DNA of 64,000 bases from NCBI GenBank assembly GCA_937982655.1, contig CALJLK010000407.1, positions 2,667-66,666 on the forward strand, written 5' to 3'. The stretch comes from an uncultured Sandaracinus sp. (GTDB taxonomy: Bacteria; Myxococcota_A; Polyangia; Polyangiales; Houyiibacteriaceae). How positions within the stretch are numbered: position 1 is the stretch's first letter; every line of letters starts with the position of its first letter. The notes beneath the pieces are model-generated. The model was not told where the DNA came from. It did not search any database and saw only the letters and a program-made list of their open reading frames with translations. The translations under genes were made by a program, and so were the position numbers. Positions 42,345 to 55,048 of this stretch are shown here, one piece after another.

Positions 42345-43157
42345 TCAACGCGGCTTTTTGAGCACCGACTTGATCCCGTCCTTCAACCTTCGAACTCCCG
42401 CGTCGACCGTTTGTTTCATGCCCTGGGCGGGCATCAGGACGTGCTTCTTGAGGTACTCGTCGGGTCGAGCCTTGAAGATCGTCGTGTGCTTCTCGCCACG
42501 CCAACCCGCCGGAGCTTCGGCCGTGTAGTAGTAGGCGGCGAAGGAGCAGCGCTGAACGCCGGGTGGGCACTGAACCGCGGTGACCCCGTGGTAGCTGACG
42601 TTGTTGGTCGTGAACACGACACAACGATTCAGAATGGGGCTGATCGCCTGCTCTCGACGCGTGACGTCGGCGTTCCACATCTCGAAGAGACCGCCCCAAC
42701 GCTCGTCCCAGCCGGGATTCAAGTAGATGAGGATGTTCAAGCGCCGATGGAGCTGTAACTGCTCGTTGAAGTTGAAGTCGACGTGCACGTCGAGCCAGCC
42801 GGACTGGTTCGTCTGATGCATCCCTCCACCTGCGTACCCGGGGTCCCAAACCAGCGAATCGATCCCCGTGATGTACTCGAGATCGGCGAGGAAGGACGGG
42901 GACGAGATGGCCTCCGCAATTTGCCGAATCGGCGGCGGGAACTTCTCGGAATCGACGATCTGGACCTTGCCGCTCTCGTTGATGGCCGAGAACTCTCGCC
43001 CCTGAAGCCGCGCCCGCTCGAAAGGCTCGAACGAGCGGGCCGCTTCCTCTGCGACTTCAGGTCGGAGGAACCCGTCGATCACCATGTGAGGGAACGGTGA
43101 AGCTCGGCGATACGACTCGCGCAGACCTTCGCGGTCGAGCGGTAGGATGATGGACAT
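42345..43157 (-). CDS. 2OG-Fe(II) oxygenase family protein (Tpa1/prolyl-hydroxylase-like)
   Basis: Track ORF 42345..43238- trimmed to ATG 43157 (GGAGGAG about 9 nt upstream). Contains SPFPHMVIDGFL, WLDVHVDFN (HxD) and VSYHGV (distal His). Codon usage is visibly less GC3-biased than in neighbouring genes. Confidence 0.8.
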   Translation of the reverse strand: MSIILPLDREGLRESYRRASPFPHMVIDGFLRPEVAEEAARSFEPFERARLQGREFSAINESGKVQIVDSEKFPPPIRQIAEAISSPSFLADLEYITGIDSLVWDPGYAGGGMHQTNQSGWLDVHVDFNFNEQLQLHRRLNILIYLNPGWDERWGGLFEMWNADVTRREQAISPILNRCVVFTTNNVSYHGVTAVQCPPGVQRCSFAAYYYTAEAPAGWRGEKHTTIFKARPDEYLKKHVLMPAQGMKQTVDAGVRRLKDGIKSVLKKPR

Positions 43158-43277
43158 GACCGATGACTCCTCCTCGTGACCGGATCGCGCCCGGGCGTGA
43201 GGATAGGGCATCCGGCCGTCGGAACGCCATGGGGTCACGCCCCTCGGTGAGGCCTCCGCCGTCGTTCTCGGGAGGTC

Positions 43278-46200
43278 TCACTCCTCCGCGACCGGGACGT
43301 CCGCGGGCACGTTCCGCGAAGGCAACGCGCCGCGCACCCGCGCCATGACCGCGTCCTTCGCGCGCCGCGTGAGCTGCGAGAGGTCGTCGAGCCACGTGTA
43401 GAGCACCGGCGTCGCGAGCAGCGTGAGCAGGAGCGCGAGCGACTGGCCGCCGATCACGACGCCCGCGGTCGCGCGGTTCATGCCGCTGCCGGGGCCGCCC
43501 GCGATCATGAGCGGCGCCATGCCCGCCACGAACGCGACCGTGGTCATCAAGATCGGTCGGAGACGGTCTCGGTTCGCGATCATCACGGCGTCTGCGCGAC
43601 TCCAGCCTTCCTTCTGGAGGTGGATCATGTGATCCACCTGAAGGATCGAGTTCTTCTTCACGATCCCGAAGAGAACGAGCACCCCGAGCGCGGAGAAGAC
43701 GTTCAGCGACTGCCCGAAGATCAGCAGCGAGATCATCGCGTACGGGATCGTCATCGGCAGCGACGCGAGGATCGTGATCGGGTGGATCCAGCTCTCGAAC
43801 TGCGCCGCGATCACCAGGTACATGAAGATGAAGCTCAGCACGATCGCGGTGAGGAACGCCGCCGCCGCCTTGCCGAACTCCTTCGCCTGTCCCGTCAGCG
43901 TGGTCGAGTACGTCGACGGCATGTCGAGCGCCTCCGCCGTGCGGTCGAGCTTCGCGAGCAGCGCCGCGGTCGACGAGCCAGGCAGTGTGTTGGCGTAGAC
44001 GCGCACGCTGCGCTCACGACCGATGTGCTCGATCGCGGCCGGCCCGGTGCCCTCGACTAGCCGCGCCACCTGCGAGAGCGGCACGAGCGAACCGTTCGAC
44101 GCGCGCACGTGGTAGCGGTCGAGGTCCTCCGCGCGCGTGCGTTGGTCGACGCCGGCGCGCAGGTTCACGTCGTACTGATCGTTGCCGAGCGTGAGCGTCG
44201 TGACGTCGAGCCCGCCCACGAGCACACGCAGCGTGTCCGCGAGATCCGCGATCGACACCCCGAGCTCCGCCGCGCGCTCGCGGTCGATCTCGACCCGCAG
44301 CTCCGGACGCCCTTCGCGGAACGTGGTGTCGGCCTGCGCGACGCCCGGCTCGTCCCGCAGCGACGCCGCGAGCGCCTCCGAGTATTCGTCGAGCTTCGCG
44401 AAGTCGGGGCCACGCAGCACGTATTGGATCGGCGCCGCCTGCGCGCCCGATCCACCGAACGCCGCGACCTTGGCGATCGTCGCCTCGAGCTGCCCTTCGA
44501 AGCCCGGCATCACCTGCTGACGCACGCGCTCCATCAGCTCCACCTGCGAGGCCTCGCGCTCGGAGTCCGGCACGAGCGAGACGTAGACCAGCGCCTCGTG
44601 ATCGCCGCGGCCGCTCACGTCGCCTTCGTTCGCACCCACGATCACGATCGTGTGGTCGACCTCCGGCATCGCGCGCACCCGACGCGCCACCCGCTCCGCG
44701 AGCAGCTCGGTGCTCCCGAGCGAGGTGCCCTGCGGGGCTTCGAGCACGATCTCGAAGCGCCCCTCGTCGTCCTCCGGCAAGAAGCCGGTGGAGAGCATGG
44801 GACCGACCACCGCCATGCTGCCGAAGGAGAGCAGGATCGCGAGGCCGACCACCCAGCGGTGGCGCATCGAGAACGCGAGCAGCTTGCCGTACCAACGCTC
44901 GTAGGCCGCGCCCGGCAGCTCGATGCCGGTCTCCCCCTTCTGCCACTGCCGATAGCGCGCGCGCTCCTCCGCGCCCGTCATGCGCGCGGCCTTCGCGGGC
45001 GGCGTCGGACGATGCGCGTGGCCGCCGCTCGGCTTGAGCCAACGCGCGGTCAGCATCGGCGTCAGCGTGAACGCGACGAAGAGCGAGACGAGCACCGCGA
45101 CCGCCATCGTGATGCCGAAGCTCGCGAGGAAGCGGCCCATGATGCCGCCCATGAACGCGACCGGGAGGAACACCGCGACGAGCGAGAGCGTGGTCGCGAG
45201 CACCGCGAGGCCGATCTCCTTGGTCGCGTAGAGCGTCGCTTCGCGCGGCGGGAGATCGCGCTCCTCGAGGAAGCGGATCACGTTCTCCAGCACGACGATC
45301 GCGTCGTCGATCACGATGCCGACCGCGAGGGTGAGCGCGAGCAGCGTGATCATGTTCAGCGTCAGCCCGAGCGCGGAGAGCACCGCGAAGGTCGCGACGA
45401 TCGACACCGGGATCGCGAGCGCGGCGATCACCGTCGCGGGTCCGTTGCGCAGGAACGAGAGCACCACGAGGATCGCGAAGATCGCGCCGAGGATGAGGTG
45501 CTCCTGCACCGCGTGGACGGCGGTGCGGGGGAACTCGCTCTCGTCGCGCACCACGTCGAGCGTGTAGCCGGCGGGAAGATCTTCGCGGATCACGTCGAGC
45601 TCGGCGCGCAGCGCGTCCGCCACCGCGATCGCGTTGGTGCCCGACTGGCGCGTGATCGTGAGCATCACGACCGGATCGCCGTCGAGGGTCGCGAGCGACT
45701 CCGCCTCGGCCGCGCCGTCCGTCACCGTCGCGACGTCGGCGAGGCGCACCACGTGACCGCCACGCTGCGCGACCGGCACCTGCGCGAGCTGCTCGGCGCT
45801 CTGCACGCGCCCGGGCACCCGCACCTGCAACGTGCGCGCGCCTTGCGTCATGTCGCCACCCGGAAGCTCGAGGTTCTCGCGCGCCAGCGCGACGCGCACG
45901 TCGAGCACGCTGAGGCCCTGCGCCTGCAGACGCGCGGGATCGACCTCCACGCGGACCTGGCGATCGCGCGTGCCGAGCAGCGTGATGGCGCCGACGCCCG
46001 CCTTGCCTTCGAGGCGCGCCTTGACCTCGTCCTCCGCGAAGACCGAGAGCTCCTGCGGCGTGCCTGGACCACGGAGCGCCACGTAGAGCAGCGGCGCGGC
46101 GTCCGGATCGATCTTTTCGACACGCGGCGGATCGAGCGACTCTGGGAGCTGCGCGAGCACGCGGTCGACGCGATCCCGCACCTCCTGCGCGGCCACGTCG

Positions 46201-46505
46201 ACGTCCTTGTCGAGCTCGAACTGGATCATCACGATCGAGAGCCCCTCGTACGACGTCGACTGCAGCTCCGAGAGCCCCGCGACGCTGTTGACGGTCTCCT
46301 CGATCACGTCGGTGACCTCGGTCTCGACCTGCTCGGGCGAGGCGCCGGGATAAGGCGAGATCACGGTCACGACCGGGATGTCGATGTTGGGGAAACGATC
46401 GACGGGCAGCCCACCGAGGGCGGCGACGCCGACCACGAGGAGCGTGAAGGAGAGCACCCACGTGAAGACGGGGCGATCGACGCAGACGCGTGCGAGCCAT
46501 TGCAT
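43278..46505 (-). CDS. RND efflux transporter permease (AcrB/HAE1-type)
   Basis: Track ORF of 1075 aa. RPVFTWVLSFTLLVVGVAALGGLPVDRFPNIDIPVVTVISPYPGASPEQVE is a classical AcrB N-terminus. 12-TM architecture. Confidence 0.95.
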   Translation of the reverse strand: MQWLARVCVDRPVFTWVLSFTLLVVGVAALGGLPVDRFPNIDIPVVTVISPYPGASPEQVETEVTDVIEETVNSVAGLSELQSTSYEGLSIVMIQFELDKDVDVAAQEVRDRVDRVLAQLPESLDPPRVEKIDPDAAPLLYVALRGPGTPQELSVFAEDEVKARLEGKAGVGAITLLGTRDRQVRVEVDPARLQAQGLSVLDVRVALARENLELPGGDMTQGARTLQVRVPGRVQSAEQLAQVPVAQRGGHVVRLADVATVTDGAAEAESLATLDGDPVVMLTITRQSGTNAIAVADALRAELDVIREDLPAGYTLDVVRDESEFPRTAVHAVQEHLILGAIFAILVVLSFLRNGPATVIAALAIPVSIVATFAVLSALGLTLNMITLLALTLAVGIVIDDAIVVLENVIRFLEERDLPPREATLYATKEIGLAVLATTLSLVAVFLPVAFMGGIMGRFLASFGITMAVAVLVSLFVAFTLTPMLTARWLKPSGGHAHRPTPPAKAARMTGAEERARYRQWQKGETGIELPGAAYERWYGKLLAFSMRHRWVVGLAILLSFGSMAVVGPMLSTGFLPEDDEGRFEIVLEAPQGTSLGSTELLAERVARRVRAMPEVDHTIVIVGANEGDVSGRGDHEALVYVSLVPDSEREASQVELMERVRQQVMPGFEGQLEATIAKVAAFGGSGAQAAPIQYVLRGPDFAKLDEYSEALAASLRDEPGVAQADTTFREGRPELRVEIDRERAAELGVSIADLADTLRVLVGGLDVTTLTLGNDQYDVNLRAGVDQRTRAEDLDRYHVRASNGSLVPLSQVARLVEGTGPAAIEHIGRERSVRVYANTLPGSSTAALLAKLDRTAEALDMPSTYSTTLTGQAKEFGKAAAAFLTAIVLSFIFMYLVIAAQFESWIHPITILASLPMTIPYAMISLLIFGQSLNVFSALGVLVLFGIVKKNSILQVDHMIHLQKEGWSRADAVMIANRDRLRPILMTTVAFVAGMAPLMIAGGPGSGMNRATAGVVIGGQSLALLLTLLATPVLYTWLDDLSQLTRRAKDAVMARVRGALPSRNVPADVPVAEE

Positions 46506-46517
46506 GACGTGTCCTCC

Positions 46518-47900
46518 TCAGCCTTCCCGCGCTTCGTTCGGAGCGCTCGGCTCGCTCGGTGCGCTCGGTGCGCTCGGTGTGCTCGGGCGAGCGTCCGCGC
46601 TCGAGGCGCCGTCGCTCGTGACGCGCGCGCCGTCCGCCAGCTCGCGCGGCGGCGCACCGACGATCGTCTCGGCCGCACGAAGATCGCCTTCGAGCAGCGT
46701 TCGATCCCGCTCCGGCCCCGCGCCGCGCTCGACCACCCGCACGATGCGCGCCTCCGCGGTTCCGTCGACGATCGCGTACACGCGGTACACGCCCGCGCGC
46801 TCGCTCACCGCCGTGCTCGGCACCGAGACCAGCTCGCGCGTCTCACCGAGATCGATCCGCGCACGCGCGAAATGACCTGCGCGCACCGAGCCGTCCTCGT
46901 TCGGCACCACGACCTCGATCGTCAGCGTGCGGCGCTGCGCGTCGATGGCCGCCGCCATGTGGCGCACCTCGCCCTCGCGCGTGAGCTCGGTGCCGTCGAT
47001 CGCGACCAGCACACGCTGCCCCACGCGCACCTTCGTGACGAAGCGTTCGGGCACCTCGAGCCGCAGCCGGAGCTGCGACGCGTCGACGAGCTCGATCACC
47101 GGCGTCTGCGGACCCACGAACTCGCCGACCTCCGCGAGGCGCGCGGTCACGCTGCCCGCGAAGGGCGCGCGCACCGTCGTGTTGTTCGCGTCGTTGCGTC
47201 GGAGCGCGGCCTCGCTGCGGAGCGCCGCGTAGCCCGCGAGGCTCGCGCCGACCGCCTGCCGCGCGCTCTCGTAGCGCGCCCGCGCCGCCGCTTCACGTTG
47301 CGTCGCTTGCTCGAAGGTCTGCTCGTCGACCGCGCCGCTCTGGTGCAGCGGGGTCAGCCGTCGCAGCGCGTCCTCCGCGCTCACCAGATCCGCCCGCGCC
47401 GCGGCCACGCTCGGCACCGCCTCGACGTCGACCGCGGACGCGTCGTCCACGCCGAGCTGTCGGAGCTGCGCCTCCGCACGCGCCGAGGCCGCCGACGCCG
47501 CGAGCCGGAAGTCGACGCTGCGCAGCACGAGCAGCGGCGCGCCTTCTTCCACGACGTCGCCGAGCTCCGCGCGGACCTCCGCGACGTGCCCGTTCACCAG
47601 CGGCGAGAGACGCGCGTGGCGGTTGGGCTCGAGCGTTCCTTCGAGCTCCAACGTGAGCGGCACCGTCACGCCCTCCGCCGCCTGCGTCTCCACCGCGATC
47701 GGGGCCGCTTCCGACGGAGTCTCGGGAGCACGCGCGCTCGCGCCGTTGCACGCGGTGCCCGCGAGCCCGAGCGCGGCGATGCTCAGCACGCCGAGCGCAC
47801 GTGCACTGAGCGCACGCACGTCGCGCGAGGGGTAGTTCTTCGAGAAGTCGGCGGCTGACCCCGCCGACCCGACCGAGACGATCCGAGCTGCAGACTTCAT
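46518..47900 (-). CDS. RND efflux periplasmic adaptor (MFP) subunit
   Basis: Track ORF 46518..47918- trimmed to ATG 47900. Lipoprotein-like LGLAGTACNG. LEGTLEPNRHARLSPLVNGHVAEVRAELGDVVEEGAPLLVL is a barrel-sandwich/lipoyl hairpin motif. PSAPSAPSEPSAP tail. Confidence 0.85.
   Translation of the reverse strand: MKSAARIVSVGSAGSAADFSKNYPSRDVRALSARALGVLSIAALGLAGTACNGASARAPETPSEAAPIAVETQAAEGVTVPLTLELEGTLEPNRHARLSPLVNGHVAEVRAELGDVVEEGAPLLVLRSVDFRLAASAASARAEAQLRQLGVDDASAVDVEAVPSVAAARADLVSAEDALRRLTPLHQSGAVDEQTFEQATQREAAARARYESARQAVGASLAGYAALRSEAALRRNDANNTTVRAPFAGSVTARLAEVGEFVGPQTPVIELVDASQLRLRLEVPERFVTKVRVGQRVLVAIDGTELTREGEVRHMAAAIDAQRRTLTIEVVVPNEDGSVRAGHFARARIDLGETRELVSVPSTAVSERAGVYRVYAIVDGTAEARIVRVVERGAGPERDRTLLEGDLRAAETIVGAPPRELADGARVTSDGASSADARPSTPSAPSAPSEPSAPNEAREG
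46543..46587. repeat. five tandem 9-bp units (GCGCTCGGT-like) inside the MFP gene 3' end
   Basis: Read directly as gcgctcggc tcgctcggt gcgctcggt gcgctcggt gtgctcggg. They encode the (P/E)SAP repeats. Confidence 0.85.
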
Positions 47901-47901
47901 T

Positions 47902-49563
47902 TCAACGCTCCTCCACACGAGCGACGTCGTTCGAGCTGACGCCGAGCGCGCGTCGGAGGCGCGCGTCGGCGAGGTGGGCGTCGACGACCGCGTCGACGAG
48001 ATCCAAGCGCGCGCCGAGACGCGCCGATTCGGCCTCCGCGAGATCCGTCGCGGTCGCGAGCCCCGCCGTGCGGCGCTCGGTCACCACACGCGCACGCTCG
48101 ATCGCGGACGCCGTCGCAGCGTGCTGCGCCTCCACCCCCGCGAGCGCCGCGAGCAGTCCGCCGCGTGCTTGCAGCGCGGTGCGCTCGATCGACTCGCGCA
48201 GCTCCTCCGCGGCGAGGCGCTGGTCCTCCGCGATCGCGCGTTGCTGTTGCATCCGTGCGCCCGCGACGAGCGCTCCGTCGAACGACCACGAGAGCTCGAC
48301 GCTCGCGTCCCACGTCGTCGTGAAGTCCGTCGTCTGCGGGAAGATGCGTTGGTTCGGGTTGGCGACGTCGACGTTGAACGCGACCCCGAGCGCCGGATAG
48401 AGCTGCGCACGCAGCGCGTCGGCCCGAGCGTCGGCCGCTTCCGCGCGAGAGAGCGCCGCCGCGACGTCGGGCGATCGTTTGCGCGCACTGCGGCGAAGCT
48501 GCGCGGGCGCGACGTTCGGCGCTTCGGGCAGACGTCCGAGATCGGCGCGGAGCCGCAGCGGAGCGCCCTCGTCGAGCCGCAAGAGATCGCGCAGCACGGC
48601 CTCCGCGATCTCCGCGCGGCTGCGCGCGACCTCGAGGAGCTGCCCGTAGCTCCGCGCCGCCGCGTCCGCGGCGAGACGATCGCCCTCCGTACCGACGCCC
48701 TGCGCGAGGCGTTCAGCCGCTTCCTGCGCACGCCGCGCCGCGACCGCGCCGGCTTCTTCTGCCAGCACGAGCTGCGCCCGCGCGCGTACGACCTCCCAAT
48801 ACGCGTCGAGCGCGTCGACCACGACTTGATCGCGCGCCGCGCGCGCTTGCTCCGCCGCCGCCTCCGCGTCGTGCTCCGCCGCGCGGAGCTGGTGGCGCTG
48901 CACGCCGATCAAGTCCGAGAGACGCGAGCCGACGGAGACGCGAAGTGCGTATTGATTCAGGATCGGCTCTTGAAGGACCACCCGTTGAACGAAGGTGTCC
49001 GGAGCGGCTTGGCACGTGACCAGATCCTGGAGACATCCCGCGGTGTCGAAGGCGGAGATGGTGCCGGGCGTAATGTCGGACAGGCGCGTGTAGCGCGCCG
49101 ACAAGCGCGCTTGAGGCACGAACCCCCGACGCGCGACCGCCGTCCCTGCGTCCGCCGCGCGAGCCCCGAGCTCCGCGCGGCGGGCCGCGATCGACGCCCG
49201 CGTCGCGCGCGCGACCGCCGCTTCGACGTCCAGGCCGTCCGTCTCCGCGATCCCGTCGGGGAGCAGCGCGTCGAGCTCGAGCGCGCGGGGCTGGGTGACC
49301 GCGCGTGGGATCGCGAGCCGCGGCGGGTCGACATGCTCGGCGTCCGTAGGGGGCGCGACGTCCGTGCTCGTGGTCTCGGGCACCGACGGCACCTGGGGCG
49401 TGACGTCCAGCGGCGAGGTCGGGGTGCGGGCCGGCTGTGCGAACGTCGGCGTGGCGAGGACCACGACCAGCACGGCCGAGAGGCTCGACAGAACCCGTCG
49501 AAGCGAGCCTCCGGAGACGTCCCGGGACGCGATTCGGCCGTTCGAAAGTTCGTGAGCGCTCAC
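47902..49563 (-). CDS. TolC-family outer membrane efflux protein
   Basis: Track ORF 47902..49833-. Signal RRVLSSLSAVLVVVLATPTFAQP. OEP-type coiled repeats. The stop lies 1 nt before the MFP start. I prefer GTG 49563 as the start, because ATG 49638 and 49833 would add 50-115 non-signal residues across a low-GC3 region that carries operator-like repeats. Confidence 0.75.
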   Translation of the reverse strand: MSAHELSNGRIASRDVSGGSLRRVLSSLSAVLVVVLATPTFAQPARTPTSPLDVTPQVPSVPETTSTDVAPPTDAEHVDPPRLAIPRAVTQPRALELDALLPDGIAETDGLDVEAAVARATRASIAARRAELGARAADAGTAVARRGFVPQARLSARYTRLSDITPGTISAFDTAGCLQDLVTCQAAPDTFVQRVVLQEPILNQYALRVSVGSRLSDLIGVQRHQLRAAEHDAEAAAEQARAARDQVVVDALDAYWEVVRARAQLVLAEEAGAVAARRAQEAAERLAQGVGTEGDRLAADAAARSYGQLLEVARSRAEIAEAVLRDLLRLDEGAPLRLRADLGRLPEAPNVAPAQLRRSARKRSPDVAAALSRAEAADARADALRAQLYPALGVAFNVDVANPNQRIFPQTTDFTTTWDASVELSWSFDGALVAGARMQQQRAIAEDQRLAAEELRESIERTALQARGGLLAALAGVEAQHAATASAIERARVVTERRTAGLATATDLAEAESARLGARLDLVDAVVDAHLADARLRRALGVSSNDVARVEER

Positions 49564-49730
49564 TTTCGACTCGACCGTGGCGTCGGCCGCATCGTGGCGG
49601 CCCGAACCACGACCGTTAGTTCGTGAGCGCTTGCTCATTTGTAGCGCAGCGGGTTGGACGAGCGCCTGTTCAGCCCGAACCTTGTCGGGTCGTTTCATTA
49701 GTGAGCACACACTTATCATTGGTTCACCGC
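49545..49730. promoter_or_regulatory. putative TetR operator cluster upstream of the efflux operon
   Basis: An exact 14-mer AGTTCGTGAGCGCT occurs at 49548-49561 and 49618-49631. The first is embedded in the 12-bp palindrome GTGAGCGCTCAC (49552-49563). A related TTAGTGAGCACACACTTATCA lies at 49698-49718. All share GTGAG with the palindrome at the tetR start (50478-50511). Confidence 0.55.
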
Positions 49731-49860
49731 ACGGAGGGTCGTGGAAGTCGGGCGAGCGTTTCATTCTCGGCGCGATTTCGTTGGTTCGGTCGCCTGACGG
49801 CGTCGGGTCGCTCGGCCTGGCGGCCGGCTCCAAAAACGTCGATTCGAGGCGTGGCCCGGC

Positions 49861-50481
49861 TCAGGAGCTCGTGATCGGCCGCGCGCCAGCGAGCTCGACC
49901 ACGGCTCGCGCGAACCTGCGGCTCGCCTGCTCGAGCGTCTCGCTGCCCGGCAAGTCCCCGAAATACTGGAGCAAATGCACGTGCTTGAGGCACGCGCCGA
50001 GCAAGAAGTCCGCGAGCGTCCGGGTGTCGAGCGGCCGCATCCGACCCGCTTCGATCTCCCCCCGGAAGTACACCTCGAATCGGTCTCGCACGAGCTCGGG
50101 CGGCGCGTCCTCGTCTCCGATCACCGCCCGCAGGTCACGCGGCTTCATCTTCCCGCTCGACATCACGGTCTGCATGATCGGAATGATCTCGGAGATGTAG
50201 CCCATGAAGGCCAACGTCAGGTCCGCGACCTGGCTCTCCAGCGAGCCCTTGCCGACCCGCGCCGGCATCGACTCCATCCACACTTGGTCCTCGAGCGCCG
50301 GCATCCGCATCGCCTGGACGAAGAGCTTCCGTTTGGTGCCGAAGCGCTTGAACAACGTGCCTTCGCTGACCCCCGCGCGTTTGGCGAGCTCCTGGCTCGA
50401 AGCCGCAGGCCCGAGCTCCAAGAACGTCGCGCGCAGCGACTCGAGCAGGGCTTCGTCGTCGTACTTGCGGGGACGCGCCAT
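49861..50481 (-). CDS. TetR/AcrR family transcriptional regulator
   Basis: Track ORF 49861..50592- trimmed to ATG 50481 (MARPRKYDDEALLESLRATFLELGPAASSQELAKRAGVSEGTLFKRFGTKRKLF, the TetR HTH). Lies directly upstream of the TolC-MFP-RND genes on the same strand. Confidence 0.85.
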   Translation of the reverse strand: MARPRKYDDEALLESLRATFLELGPAASSQELAKRAGVSEGTLFKRFGTKRKLFVQAMRMPALEDQVWMESMPARVGKGSLESQVADLTLAFMGYISEIIPIMQTVMSSGKMKPRDLRAVIGDEDAPPELVRDRFEVYFRGEIEAGRMRPLDTRTLADFLLGACLKHVHLLQYFGDLPGSETLEQASRRFARAVVELAGARPITSS

Positions 50482-50511
50482 GGTTCGTGAGTGTGTACTC
50501 ACGAACCATGG
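50478..50511. promoter_or_regulatory. 34-bp perfect inverted repeat (15-bp arms, 4-nt spacer) overlapping the tetR start codon
   Basis: CCATGGTTCGTGAGT-GTGT-ACTCACGAACCATGG, read directly. The left arm contains the tetR ATG (complement of 50479-50481). It lies 23 nt after the stop of the upstream RCC1 gene. It could be an autoregulatory operator, an intergenic terminator hairpin, or both. Confidence 0.6.
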
Positions 50512-50533
50512 CGTGCAACCCCGCTCAGCTGCA

Positions 50534-53677
<3,144 letters not shown>

Positions 53678-53836
53678 GTCGTCCCCCTCGCCTCGCGGCA
53701 ACGTGATCCCACGACGTCCCCGGAACGACGCGGCATCGGACGGATCGTATCGCGGGTCGCTCGCGCAGGGTTCGGTGAAAGATTGGGGACGTCGGCGACG
53801 AAGCGCTCGCCTCGGCCGCATCGTAGGCTTCGCCGC

Positions 53837-55024
53837 GTGCGCACCCTCCACCTCGCGTGTCTGCCCTTCCCGTCGCCCCAAGGGACGCAGGCGATCGTGC
53901 GCGCGATGGTCGAGGCGCTCGCCGACGCGGGCCACGACACGCACCTGCTCACCTACGCACACGGCGCGCTCGACCCACGCGAGGGCACTCGGACGGGTGC
54001 GCACCGACGCGCGCGAAGGGATCTACACACGCGGAGCGATCCGCACGCGCGCACCGCTCCGCGCGGCGTCACGCACCATCGACTGGTCGACTTCCCCCCG
54101 ACACGTTCGCTTCGTTCGGGCCCCTCTCTTTCGAAAATCGCCCTCGATCTGCAGATGATCCTCGTCGCGCGTCGGCTCGCTTCTCGGCTCCGTCCAGACC
54201 TCGTGATCGCGCACGGTGTCGAAGCCGCCTACGTCGCGCGCTCCGCGCGTCTCTCGTCGATCGCGCGCACCATCCACTACGCCCACACCCGCTTCGACGC
54301 CGAGCTGCCGACGTACGCGACGAAGACGAAACGCACCGCGGCCCCGCTGCAGACGCTCGGCAGCCTGCTCGACGCCGGAGCCTCGCGGCTTCGCACCGTC
54401 GCGATCACGCCCGACCTCGCAGCGCACCTCGCGCGGCGCAGCTCCCGCCGCGAAGGTCGCGCGACCCCGCTGCTCCCGCCGTGGTCCCCGCTCGACCCCC
54501 CGCGTTCGGACGAACGCGTCGCCGCGCGCGCGTCCCTCGCGCTTCCCCTCGACGCGAAGGTCGTCCTCTACGCGGGAAACCTCGATGGCTATCAAGGCTG
54601 GGAAGAAGCCGCCGACGCGGCGCGCCGCGCGAACGCGACCTTCCTCGTCGCGACCGAGAGCGATCCGGCGCCGCTCGCTCCCTTCCCTCACCTTCGTGTT
54701 CGCCTCGCGGACGAGCCCGATCGACGTCGCGCCTACGCGGCGTGCGATCTCGCCATCGTGCCGCGGCGCGCGCCGGGTGGGTTGCCCATCAAGCTGCTCG
54801 ACGCCCTCGCGCGCGACGTGCCCGTGGTGGCCGGGCCGCGCGCGCTGGCAGGGCTCGACCCGCGCGGCGTCGAACGCGCGGACACCGACGAAGCCCCCGC
54901 GCTCGCCGTAGCGATCGAACGCGCGCTCGCATCCGCGCCGCGAGGGGGTCGGGCGTGGATCGAAGACTCCCTCGCGCCCGCCCGCTTCATCGCGGCTGTC
55001 GCGGAGCTCACGCGCGGCGCGTGA
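53837..55024 (+). CDS. glycosyltransferase (GT4/GT1-like, GT-B fold)
   Basis: In-frame GTG 53837 within track ORF 50204..55024+ (the preceding 1,200 aa are shadow). VRTLHLACLPFPSPQGTQAIVRAMVEALADAGHDTHLL, then YAACDLAIVPRRAPGGLPIKLLDALARDVPVVA, which is a typical C-terminal sugar-donor domain. Confidence 0.75.
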   Translation: MRTLHLACLPFPSPQGTQAIVRAMVEALADAGHDTHLLTYAHGALDPREGTRTGAHRRARRDLHTRSDPHARTAPRGVTHHRLVDFPPTRSLRSGPSLSKIALDLQMILVARRLASRLRPDLVIAHGVEAAYVARSARLSSIARTIHYAHTRFDAELPTYATKTKRTAAPLQTLGSLLDAGASRLRTVAITPDLAAHLARRSSRREGRATPLLPPWSPLDPPRSDERVAARASLALPLDAKVVLYAGNLDGYQGWEEAADAARRANATFLVATESDPAPLAPFPHLRVRLADEPDRRRAYAACDLAIVPRRAPGGLPIKLLDALARDVPVVAGPRALAGLDPRGVERADTDEAPALAVAIERALASAPRGGRAWIEDSLAPARFIAAVAELTRGA

Positions 55025-55048
55025 GCGGATGCCGAGTGCGCGACGACC

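Noticed and set aside
40729-42849. A 706-aa minus-strand ORF across ychF and the oxygenase gene.
   Set aside because: It is antisense to the unambiguous YchF GTPase-fold gene, and it crosses an intergenic region.
44109-47858. A 1,249-aa plus-strand ORF, plus several 100-800-aa ORFs over 43.3-47.9 kb.
   Set aside because: They are antisense or out of frame relative to the unmistakable AcrB-type permease and MFP genes. They are Arg/His/Asp-rich junk translations.
49564-49833. Longer N-terminal versions of the TolC-like gene (ATG 49638 or 49833).
   Set aside because: They would place 50-115 non-hydrophobic residues before the signal peptide. They would also run through a low-GC region carrying operator-like repeats.
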